Positions 44,125 through 52,024 of a stretch of 63,068 nucleotides of DNA are shown piece after piece. A model generated the notes under the pieces. It saw only the letters and a list, made by a program, of their open reading frames with translations. It ran no database searches and was not told the origin of the DNA. The position numbers were made by a program, and so were the translations under genes. This stretch comes from a virus. Its lineage: Duplodnaviria; Caudoviricetes. The stretch lies in the IMG/VR virus record IMGVR_UViG_3300025325_000021, positions 1 to 63,068 of that record; one strand, 5' to 3'. The first letter of the stretch is position 1; every line of letters begins with the position of its first letter.

Positions 44125-44984
44125 TGGTCTATTACAACGATAACGATCCATATGTCTGTGAATGGACCCGGAACCTGATAAAAGCCGGGCTGGTTACAGG
44201 CGGTATCGTAGATGGGAGATCGATAAAAGATGTCAAGCCAGAAGACCTTACAGGATACAGGCGGGTACACATGTTCAGCGGCATCGCCGTATGGGACTAC
44301 GCCCTCCGCCTCGCAGGCTGGCCCGACGATAGACCGGTCTGGACAGGCTCCTGCCCTTGCCAGCCATTCTCAGCAGCAGGAAAACGCGGCGGTACAGATG
44401 ACCCTCGCCATCTCTGGCCTGACTGGTTCAGGCTCATCCGAGAGTGCCGCCCTCCAGTCATCTTTGGTGAGCAGGTTGCGAGCAAAAATGGACTTGCATG
44501 GCTCGATCTGGTATACGCTGACCTGGAAGGTGCGGGTTACGCCGTCGCAGCGGTCGATCTATGCGCTGCGAGCGTCGGCGCGCCGCATATCAGGCAAAGG
44601 CTTTACTTCGTGGCCCACGCCGAAAGCGGCAACGGGAGATTATCAATACTCACGGGGGAATCACGACAATCCGGTATTGAATCTGAGCGGGGCGGCGAAA
44701 CTGGCCTCCTGGGCGACACCCGCGGGGCGGGACTGGAGGGACGGGCGAGCCTCGGAAGAGACAATGGACAGGAACAGCAGGCCATTGAACGAGCAGGCGG
44801 TTTCTGGTCTGATCTCGAATGGCTCCCCTGCCGGGACGGAAAGCTCAGGCCAACTCAACCCGGCCTTTTCCCGCTGGCTCATGGGGTTGCCTCCAGAGTG
44901 GGACGATTGCGCGCCTACGGCAACGCGATAGTGGCTCCGCTGGCGGCCGAGTTCATCCGAGCATACATGGAGATGATATCGTGA
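44121..44984 (+). CDS. C5-cytosine DNA methyltransferase, alpha polypeptide
   Basis: 'FSGIA', 'GSCPCQPFS', 'GEQV', 'HIRQRLYF', motif X 'RAYGNAIV'. Confidence 0.9.
   Translation: MMVYYNDNDPYVCEWTRNLIKAGLVTGGIVDGRSIKDVKPEDLTGYRRVHMFSGIAVWDYALRLAGWPDDRPVWTGSCPCQPFSAAGKRGGTDDPRHLWPDWFRLIRECRPPVIFGEQVASKNGLAWLDLVYADLEGAGYAVAAVDLCAASVGAPHIRQRLYFVAHAESGNGRLSILTGESRQSGIESERGGETGLLGDTRGAGLEGRASLGRDNGQEQQAIERAGGFWSDLEWLPCRDGKLRPTQPGLFPLAHGVASRVGRLRAYGNAIVAPLAAEFIRAYMEMIS
44230..44931 (+). CDS. Nested out-of-frame beta polypeptide of the C5 methyltransferase (start uncertain)
   Basis: +1 frame with 'WPTPKA', 'WATPAGRDWRDG' and motif-IX-like 'LNPAFSRWLMGLPPEW'. Confidence 0.7.
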   Translation: MSSQKTLQDTGGYTCSAASPYGTTPSASQAGPTIDRSGQAPALASHSQQQENAAVQMTLAISGLTGSGSSESAALQSSLVSRLRAKMDLHGSIWYTLTWKVRVTPSQRSIYALRASARRISGKGFTSWPTPKAATGDYQYSRGNHDNPVLNLSGAAKLASWATPAGRDWRDGRASEETMDRNSRPLNEQAVSGLISNGSPAGTESSGQLNPAFSRWLMGLPPEWDDCAPTATR

Positions 44985-45412
44985 GCGCAGAAAGTTGCGG
45001 CTGGCGCAATCTATTGCACTTGTGGTATAAGGAGTGCTGAGGATGGCGCATAATGTAATCCTCTCCGGCGGTCCCATGAACAGTAAGGTGCAGGCTGTTG
45101 ACCATCTGCCCCTGGTATTGATCGTGGTGCGGCATGGTATAATTTCATCGCTTGCGACGGAGCGCTTTTGAGCTACGGCAAAACATCCTGCCCCAAAAAG
45201 CAGGGTGTTTTGTTGTATAATAAGCCTACTCCGCGTGAGTAGGGTTGACAACCTGAGGGGCGCGGCGCAATGCTGGGAGAACACGGGGCCGTCCTGTGCC
45301 AGCCTGGCGATGTACCTTCGGGTTCTGCTTAAAGTGCTAGCCAAAAAAAGCAGAATTCCCGCGCAGGTCAAAGCGCGAGAGGTTTTCCGCCGGTCGGACG
45401 GACTGGAATCAT

Positions 45413-45442
45413 AAAGCTCCCCTGGGAAGGGGAGCTTTTATT
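45413..45442. terminator. Bidirectional intrinsic terminator between the convergent early and late arms
   Basis: AAAGCTCCCC-TGGGAA-GGGGAGCTTTTATT. Confidence 0.7.
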
Positions 45443-45537
45443 GTCTTTACGGTTTCATGCTTTCGATAACTATTCTTATAGCAATCAATAAGAGGGGCTG
45501 GAAACGCATCATCCAGCCCCCCCCTCTGCCGTCCTTG

Positions 45538-46713
45538 TCAACCGGAGATTACGCCGTCCGTTTCCCGGAGGTACAGGTCCGGGTAGCCAAGCCCGGGAAC
45601 TGTCACCAGTTTATAGAAACCTATTCCGCCGTCTGCGACCACCCTACCGGGATAAACCAGGGGTAGGGTGCCGTTGGCGTACTGAACGCGCTGGTTGACC
45701 GGCGAGGTGTCCGATGGATAGATCTCCATGATCGGGCGTCCTGCCTGGTTGACATCTTTGATAAACCGGGCATTCGCTCTTTCCGCAGTGATGCTGAATT
45801 GTCGATAATCGGGATCGGTTTCGCCGTCATTACCCGAGCCAGATTCCAGGGCTTCGACCCTGGTCTCCAGTGTAGTAACCCTGGCCTGTATATCTGCTGT
45901 TGTCACTTCCAGGGCTTCGACCCTAGACGTCAAATCATCCGGGGGCGGCATTAGTTCCGGGGTTCCCATGATTTCCCCGATGACCTGGCGAAACTCCGCT
46001 TCGTTGCCAATCTCAGCCCGTTCCCATGTTGCAGTAACGGTACCACCTGCGCCGTTTTCACCGGGGAAAGCCGGCTTCTTGTCAGCAGTTTGGTGAACCA
46101 GGACGCGATCCCTTTGTACTCCTGCTGGCAGCGTTGGGGGGCCTGGGTGCTCGCGTGTCCTGTCGGTCAGGTATTGAGCCAGCCACCACCAGACGATATT
46201 GAGCATGTCCAGAGTCCAGAACGGTGAGAGCCACTTGTTGACCAGGAGATGGCGGCAGTAAATCAAGGGGTACATCCCGTCACGGGCTTTTACGACCTCG
46301 CACATCTGCCAGGTGGCGTCAGCGTACCGGGCGTCGTCGATGTAGCGATTGACCTCCAGGTCTATTGTCCGGGGTGCATTGGTTGGCTCGGGCTGGACTT
46401 GATACCAGTTATCAGCCTGGCGAATGACAGGTTGGTCGCAAAAGATCACATGATAGGTAGCATACAGAAACTGATCCCCATACGCTGCTGCCCTGACCAG
46501 GAATGGCACGGCGTATTCGTCCTGGTAGCCCCAACTGATCCCGGCGCGGTGCCATGCTCCAATGACGCCATTCGCTATTGCAACGTCCAGGTTCGGGCCG
46601 CGCTGGTAGACGGAGTAGCTACGCAGCAGAGGTCGGTCAAGCCCCGTGGGGTCCTCGAACGGAGCAAGTATGGCGTATGCAACCCTGGAGTACAGGTCAG
46701 CGAGGCGTGCCAT
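45538..46713 (-). CDS. Endolysin, GH25-muramidase-like
   Basis: 'ATYHVI', 'QADNW', 'IDLE' (DxE), 'PLIY', 'WWWLAQY', 'LVHQT'; coiled-coil linker and C-terminal domain; adjacent to holin-like genes. Confidence 0.65.
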   Translation of the reverse strand: MARLADLYSRVAYAILAPFEDPTGLDRPLLRSYSVYQRGPNLDVAIANGVIGAWHRAGISWGYQDEYAVPFLVRAAAYGDQFLYATYHVIFCDQPVIRQADNWYQVQPEPTNAPRTIDLEVNRYIDDARYADATWQMCEVVKARDGMYPLIYCRHLLVNKWLSPFWTLDMLNIVWWWLAQYLTDRTREHPGPPTLPAGVQRDRVLVHQTADKKPAFPGENGAGGTVTATWERAEIGNEAEFRQVIGEIMGTPELMPPPDDLTSRVEALEVTTADIQARVTTLETRVEALESGSGNDGETDPDYRQFSITAERANARFIKDVNQAGRPIMEIYPSDTSPVNQRVQYANGTLPLVYPGRVVADGGIGFYKLVTVPGLGYPDLYLRETDGVISG

Positions 46714-47050
46714 CGGGATTGCCCTTTGCCAACTGTTCGACAGTCAATTTTCTCCGAGACAACCGCTCGACTAACCGGTCCAGGATCAGGTTGTAGATGA
46801 TCGTGCCAGCACCGACCCAGCCGGAGAAGATCACCAGCCATGCCGCGGCGTACTGGAACGGGTCGATGAAAGTCGGGAATTCCGGAGGGGCGAAGATGAC
46901 CGATAGGATCAGGCTGATTGCAGCTACTATAACGGTCATCGGACCCTTACCGAGTACGATGCCCTTCCATGCTGCGAGAAAGCGCAATCCCATAGCCAGG
47001 CCAGAGGCGATCCAGCCAACGATAAGGATTTGTTCAGGCGTGAGTTCCAT
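46697..47050 (-). CDS. Holin-like membrane protein
   Basis: Three TM segments and a charged C-terminus; overlaps the endolysin start. Confidence 0.6.
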   Translation of the reverse strand: MELTPEQILIVGWIASGLAMGLRFLAAWKGIVLGKGPMTVIVAAISLILSVIFAPPEFPTFIDPFQYAAAWLVIFSGWVGAGTIIYNLILDRLVERLSRRKLTVEQLAKGNPDGTPR

Positions 47051-47062
47051 TTAAGTCTCCCT

Positions 47063-47407
47063 TCATGTCAGCAAATTGCCGCTATTGCCGTTTACGAGCT
47101 TGTCAAGCTCCGTCGTTGCCTTATAGACCTGTTGGTGCTGTTCCCTGAGCAGATTGATCCAGATGGCAACGGTAATTGTTATCAGGATCGGCGTGAGCGC
47201 GTAATTCCTGATCAATATATGCAGATCATTGTACCCTATGAGAGTTGTAAGCGCCAGCGTAAACAATACGCCGAGCAGCACGATTAACCCGATGAACGAT
47301 CTTCTGATGGACTTTTGCGTATCCTTACAAGTTACCATTATAGCCAGGGAGTACATCAGTAAGGGGTACGTAATCAGGCGAATGTAAAGCAAAACGATCT
47401 CGGTCAT
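47063..47407 (-). CDS. Membrane protein (lysis module)
   Basis: Three hydrophobic segments. Confidence 0.55.
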   Translation of the reverse strand: MTEIVLLYIRLITYPLLMYSLAIMVTCKDTQKSIRRSFIGLIVLLGVLFTLALTTLIGYNDLHILIRNYALTPILITITVAIWINLLREQHQQVYKATTELDKLVNGNSGNLLT

Positions 47408-47658
47408 ATTTGAATCCTCCCGAGGATCGTCGCGATAGCCGAGGCAACCGATGAAAAGGCGGCCTGGAATATCTGCGACATAGTCAGACGTTCTGACATC
47501 CTTGCTATCAATTTACTGTTTTCGGCAATGGATTCTTTTAGTTTGTCATTTATGTCATCCAACCGTTGCACCTCCTTTGCCAGCCGCTCCAAGTCACGTT
47601 CCAGGTATGCCAGCCTTACTTGTGTGCCATTCGTCGGTTGTGTCGGGATTTCCGTCAT
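47404..47658 (-). CDS. Coiled-coil protein with a C-terminal hydrophobic segment (lysis module)
   Basis: GAGG RBS; heptad pattern. Confidence 0.55.
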   Translation of the reverse strand: MTEIPTQPTNGTQVRLAYLERDLERLAKEVQRLDDINDKLKESIAENSKLIARMSERLTMSQIFQAAFSSVASAIATILGRIQI

Positions 47659-47799
47659 TGTACCACCTCTAATTGCAGTGTCCGACACCGGGGCGAGTTA
47701 CCCGCGCCGTGGTCTTGTTTTCTCAGCACGGATTAATCTGTTCATCTCTGTACTTGTCAACTGCTGCCATACTGTCCACAGGCATCACGATAAAAGCTA

Positions 47800-49542
47800 T
47801 CATGTCCAGCCCCCCCATTTAGGATATTTTTTACGCAGACGAATCCGCTCAGAGTGCGATAACTGGCGAAATGCCTTCCAGCTAAGTTTCTCAGCTTTGA
47901 GGATCTTCCCCCAACGAATACGCCCAGCCCCGCCTCTTTCGGGAGTTGCTTCCGCAATCATAGATGCCAGCGTTTCGATAGGTTCCGGGTGAGCAAAGGA
48001 GAGCAGCGTCAATCCGGGTGCAGGCCCTGAGGACATCGTTGTGACCTGCTCAGCGTCATTGTAGCTCGTGGCTGAGAGCAACAAGATAGGATCGCCGCCC
48101 AGCGAGGGGTCAGGGTAATTCTCGATCTTAAGCCTCAATTTGGCATGGACTTGGCTGGCGGGAATGATCTGTGTGCCCTTGCCGCGGATGTATCCTTTAA
48201 TGCCGATAGCTTGTGTGGGGACGATCTCCGGGTCTTTGTAGCGCGCCAAAAAACGCCGCCCATAGTTGATCGCCATTGCCTGCGTCGCCTCGCCTACCGA
48301 CAAGGGATAGTCGCGCTGATCCCAATCGGTGATGCTGTTGGTATCCTTGAGCGTTGAGTCGTCGTCGGGCGTAACCCACTGAGTAAACCCGCGCTCGTCA
48401 ATATATTGCACCATGATCCAATTCCAGATATTTGTATAGTCACGGCGCAGCCCGAAAGGAGCGACCAGATTGGCTTCATCCACGCGCACGATCAGGTCAT
48501 AGTCAGTCAAGGCAGGCCGCGCCTCTACGTACAGTACGGGTTTGCCATTGGGCGTAGCTGCGCTCTCGCTATCCAGCAGCCCGACGTACCAGGGGTTCTG
48601 CGAGCCATCCCCGAATTCTGCGGCGCGCACCAGGATGTCTGCCATGCTCTCCCAATCTGCGATAAAAGGCACCAAGCTATATGTGTTGCTGTTGATATTC
48701 GTCTGGTCGGCGTTTAGCTCGCTCATCGAGCCGGCGACGTCCTTGGCAATCTCAGTTAGATTGATCGCTCCCGTCTCGCTGTACATCGTGATATTGCTGA
48801 ACTCCCCGAAATAAGTGCCATCCGAGGTGGGAGTCTGGTCTGCCCGGGCGTAAAAGCGGAGCTCGATCATCCGGCTGGGCGTGGCCAGGATAGCCGATTG
48901 GCCGGTTGCTGATCCACTGGCAGTAATGCTCCATCCGTCTGAAGAGGTCTGTACGTTGAAGATCGTCATCTCCCAGGCCTGGCCTCCTTCCCGGAAGTTA
49001 TAATCCCAGGTGATCTTCTTGACTGTCTCGCCGACCGGCATGGTGTAGAGCACCGCCGCGAACTCGCCGCTGGTCCAGGCCTCCGCTTTCGGGGTGAAGC
49101 GGATGCGCTGGTTGCGGTCCACCTCGCACTTCTCCTGCCCAAAGGCCGGGTCCGTCGACGCCTTACGCCACACGTCCTCGGAGATACGCTGGTCCGCCCA
49201 GTATTTGCGCAATTTGCGCCGCGCCATAACTGTATCCCAAAAGCCATTGGCGGCCACGCTCACACCTTGCCCAGGCTGCCTCAGTTGGGCTTCGAGATCG
49301 TCGATCTTGCCCTCGTAGACGATTAAACCGTTGTTATGGAACGCCACGCGCTGAGCGCCCTTGACCGCCCACCATTCAGCCAGGTCACGCTCCACCCAGA
49401 ACGAAGCCGGTCCGTACAGCCCACCGGGGTAGTAGGTCGCGAATTCCAAGCTCCCAGCATGTCTCAGTTGATTGCGCGGGTCAGCAACCGGCGTAGTGCC
49501 GGAGGCGTATACCGTGATAGTCAGATTATTGTAGTTTCTCAT
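47800..49542 (-). CDS. Minor tail (hub/Tal-like) protein
   Basis: Second gene after the tape measure; 'IVYEGKIDD', 'SITDWDQRD..L'. Confidence 0.7.
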   Translation of the reverse strand: MRNYNNLTITVYASGTTPVADPRNQLRHAGSLEFATYYPGGLYGPASFWVERDLAEWWAVKGAQRVAFHNNGLIVYEGKIDDLEAQLRQPGQGVSVAANGFWDTVMARRKLRKYWADQRISEDVWRKASTDPAFGQEKCEVDRNQRIRFTPKAEAWTSGEFAAVLYTMPVGETVKKITWDYNFREGGQAWEMTIFNVQTSSDGWSITASGSATGQSAILATPSRMIELRFYARADQTPTSDGTYFGEFSNITMYSETGAINLTEIAKDVAGSMSELNADQTNINSNTYSLVPFIADWESMADILVRAAEFGDGSQNPWYVGLLDSESAATPNGKPVLYVEARPALTDYDLIVRVDEANLVAPFGLRRDYTNIWNWIMVQYIDERGFTQWVTPDDDSTLKDTNSITDWDQRDYPLSVGEATQAMAINYGRRFLARYKDPEIVPTQAIGIKGYIRGKGTQIIPASQVHAKLRLKIENYPDPSLGGDPILLLSATSYNDAEQVTTMSSGPAPGLTLLSFAHPEPIETLASMIAEATPERGGAGRIRWGKILKAEKLSWKAFRQLSHSERIRLRKKYPKWGGWT

Positions 49543-52022
49543 TCCAGCGCCCAGCGCGGCGTCACACTCAAACGATTGAGCTTCCCCGTAAACGTGATCT
49601 GCGTGCTATCTTTATCCGCTCCGGGGAGCAGAACCAGGTGATTGAGAGTCTCGGGGCGCAGCTCGATCACCTGCCCCGTGTTCTGCCGCCAGCCTTTCAC
49701 GGTATAGACGCCGCCTGTAAATTCCAACTGCGTGACTAGCCTGCCATCAAAAATCTGATAGTTGGCGTTGGCATGGTCGTTTTGAGCGAAGGCTAGATCT
49801 CCAACCAGCAGCCGGAGATAGTCCACCAACACGTCGTTGTTTGCTGTGCCTGGCTTGCGGCGCAGCGCCAGCGCCACTTTTAGAGTTGCAGCCGCAGCGC
49901 TCAGCCAGGGGTAGCTAGTGTGCCTCCTATCTGGCAGCATGACCGGCTTGGTGCGATATAGGTTATAAGTGGCGACTGACGATATAGATTGCCAGTCAGA
50001 GAAGTAGTATTGCAGAAAGATGTCCGTGCCGAACTCCACCCGCGACGCGATCTCCAGGTTTGTTCCCGAGGGGTCGCGCAGGCTGACGTGGATGACCACG
50101 TTCTGCTCGCCACTCAGGTTGATGGGGATGGAGATGGCTTGCGGTGCCAGAACCGCCGTAATGGTTGTCACTGTCACCGTTGCAGCCTGACCGCCCAGTG
50201 CAGCGGCGTCCACTGTGCCAGAGGCGTCTACGAACATATCACCGGGATTGACGTACTGCTCCTGATGGTAGTTGCTCAGCATGACGTTCCTTGCCCCCGA
50301 ACTGTTGTCTAACACCTCGATCAGGGTTTCGGCAGGTAAGTTGCCCGGCACACCGCCCGCCAGCAGCCAGTCGCGGTGCGTGCTATCCACGTAAGCGTCC
50401 ACCACCGCGTCGCCATCCACCGAGTAGAGCCAGGGCAGCGTTTCGACGCGCATCCCGTAGCCGTCGCCACTTCCTGCTAGCTCTGTCAGGTTTGTGTGTT
50501 CCGCCAACCCCTGCGTGTTGCTCAAGGCGCGTGCATAGGTGTGAAAGTCCAGGAAAGTCCCTCCCACATGCTGCGTTGACGTGGTAGTCGAGCCAACCGT
50601 AAAGTCCGCCCCAAAGGCGCGTGGCGTGTAAGAAGTGTTGCTGGCATATAGCGCGCCGTTGCGCAAGATGCGCAGCCCACTAGGGCCGGCGATGAAGTGC
50701 AGCACTTCAATGTCGCCAGCCGAGAATGTGACAGTAGCGCCCGTGATCGTTGCCGTCCCATCGGAGAAGGTGTAGGCTGGCGCAGTAGTCAAGCCGCCGA
50801 ACAGTGTGCCGTCGTGGAACATGCGCGTCGCCGCTCCGGTGAACTCCGAGCTATCCCGGTCCGGCATCCAGATCAGTACAGCCGTAAACTCGCCAATGTC
50901 CAGCACATCTGTGGAGACATACTTGAGGATCGACGCGGTGCGCGTGCTGGTCGAGTTGTGCGCCGTGCCCGTCCAGGCGCATCCCACCAAGTCACCCCAA
51001 CAAGGCAGGGTGGGATAAGTCTTTTCTTCCACCTGATAGGCCAGCAGATATATAGTGATTCCCAGTGTCATTAGCGATACGCCGGTAGCAGTATTGCTGG
51101 CTATGCCTGCGCCCGTCCAGTGTACGCGGGTGATCCCGTTGCCCATGTAGCGGTAAGTGGAGGTCTGCGCCGAGCCGTAGTAGATGCGCACCTCCGAAGC
51201 GGTGGCGATACTCCCATCCGCCTTCTTCACGTAGGCCGTGTGGGTGTGCTGGTTAGTGTTGCCCAGGTTGAGCGTAAGGGTAAAGGCGATATTCGTATTG
51301 CCAATCCGTGACAGCTTAGCGGAGGCAACTGCGCCTGGCAGGATAAAATCCTTGTCCGTGTTCTTGGAGGCAATCAGGTCGCTGCCAGCCGACCAGCCCG
51401 TATTCCAGGTGGAATGCCCAAATACCGGATTTGTCGCCTTATTGGTGGTGGCTTCCGGGATGTTCAAGCCGCGGGAAATCCCGTTGGGGGAGAAAAACAC
51501 GTCGTCCTTGATGCCCCCACTCGCCAGGCCGAAGGTAATCCTCTGAGTCCGCACTGGGAAGTTGAGCAATAGAGGGACAGCGATAAATGTCCCCTGCTCG
51601 AACGTTGAGGTGTATAAGTCCCATTTGTTGTAGTTAGAAGCGCCGAGGATTTCCAACTGGTACAGCGCGCCATAGCCGCTGCCGTGTTTCGGCTCGAAAG
51701 GCACGCTGTTGTTCGAGCGCCATTCCAGGTAAGTCGGGTCGGCGGGGTTGCCAGCCTCTGCCAGGAATGAGGCCAGGGCCTGAATATTACCTTCTACTTC
51801 TGCATTGGTTACCCCGATTACCTTAAGATGCAGCGAATAACCTTCCGGGGCGCTGCGCGCATCCACCAAAAGTCCGCCGCCGTAGCGGTTGGCGGAAGTG
51901 CCGAAGGCGATAGTATGTTCAATTTGCGTTGACGGAGGCACAAAGTCAAGCGCCAAGTCAAAGTTAGCTCCGCTCAACGGAAAGATTTTTTTGCCTCTAC
52001 GAAGTTGTGCGATAAATCCCAT
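49539..52022 (-). CDS. Distal tail protein with inserted carbohydrate-binding/LamG-like domains
   Basis: First gene after the tape measure; 'GLNIPEATTN', 'STSTRTAS', LamG-like 'LRILRNG...FTVG...DFHTYARALS', ends 'TPRW'. Confidence 0.7.
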   Translation of the reverse strand: MGFIAQLRRGKKIFPLSGANFDLALDFVPPSTQIEHTIAFGTSANRYGGGLLVDARSAPEGYSLHLKVIGVTNAEVEGNIQALASFLAEAGNPADPTYLEWRSNNSVPFEPKHGSGYGALYQLEILGASNYNKWDLYTSTFEQGTFIAVPLLLNFPVRTQRITFGLASGGIKDDVFFSPNGISRGLNIPEATTNKATNPVFGHSTWNTGWSAGSDLIASKNTDKDFILPGAVASAKLSRIGNTNIAFTLTLNLGNTNQHTHTAYVKKADGSIATASEVRIYYGSAQTSTYRYMGNGITRVHWTGAGIASNTATGVSLMTLGITIYLLAYQVEEKTYPTLPCWGDLVGCAWTGTAHNSTSTRTASILKYVSTDVLDIGEFTAVLIWMPDRDSSEFTGAATRMFHDGTLFGGLTTAPAYTFSDGTATITGATVTFSAGDIEVLHFIAGPSGLRILRNGALYASNTSYTPRAFGADFTVGSTTTSTQHVGGTFLDFHTYARALSNTQGLAEHTNLTELAGSGDGYGMRVETLPWLYSVDGDAVVDAYVDSTHRDWLLAGGVPGNLPAETLIEVLDNSSGARNVMLSNYHQEQYVNPGDMFVDASGTVDAAALGGQAATVTVTTITAVLAPQAISIPINLSGEQNVVIHVSLRDPSGTNLEIASRVEFGTDIFLQYYFSDWQSISSVATYNLYRTKPVMLPDRRHTSYPWLSAAAATLKVALALRRKPGTANNDVLVDYLRLLVGDLAFAQNDHANANYQIFDGRLVTQLEFTGGVYTVKGWRQNTGQVIELRPETLNHLVLLPGADKDSTQITFTGKLNRLSVTPRWALE

Positions 52023-52024
52023 AC

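Noticed and set aside
45000-45414. Short ORFs after the C5 methyltransferase
   Set aside because: They have no convincing RBS, coupling or motifs, so I left them uncalled.
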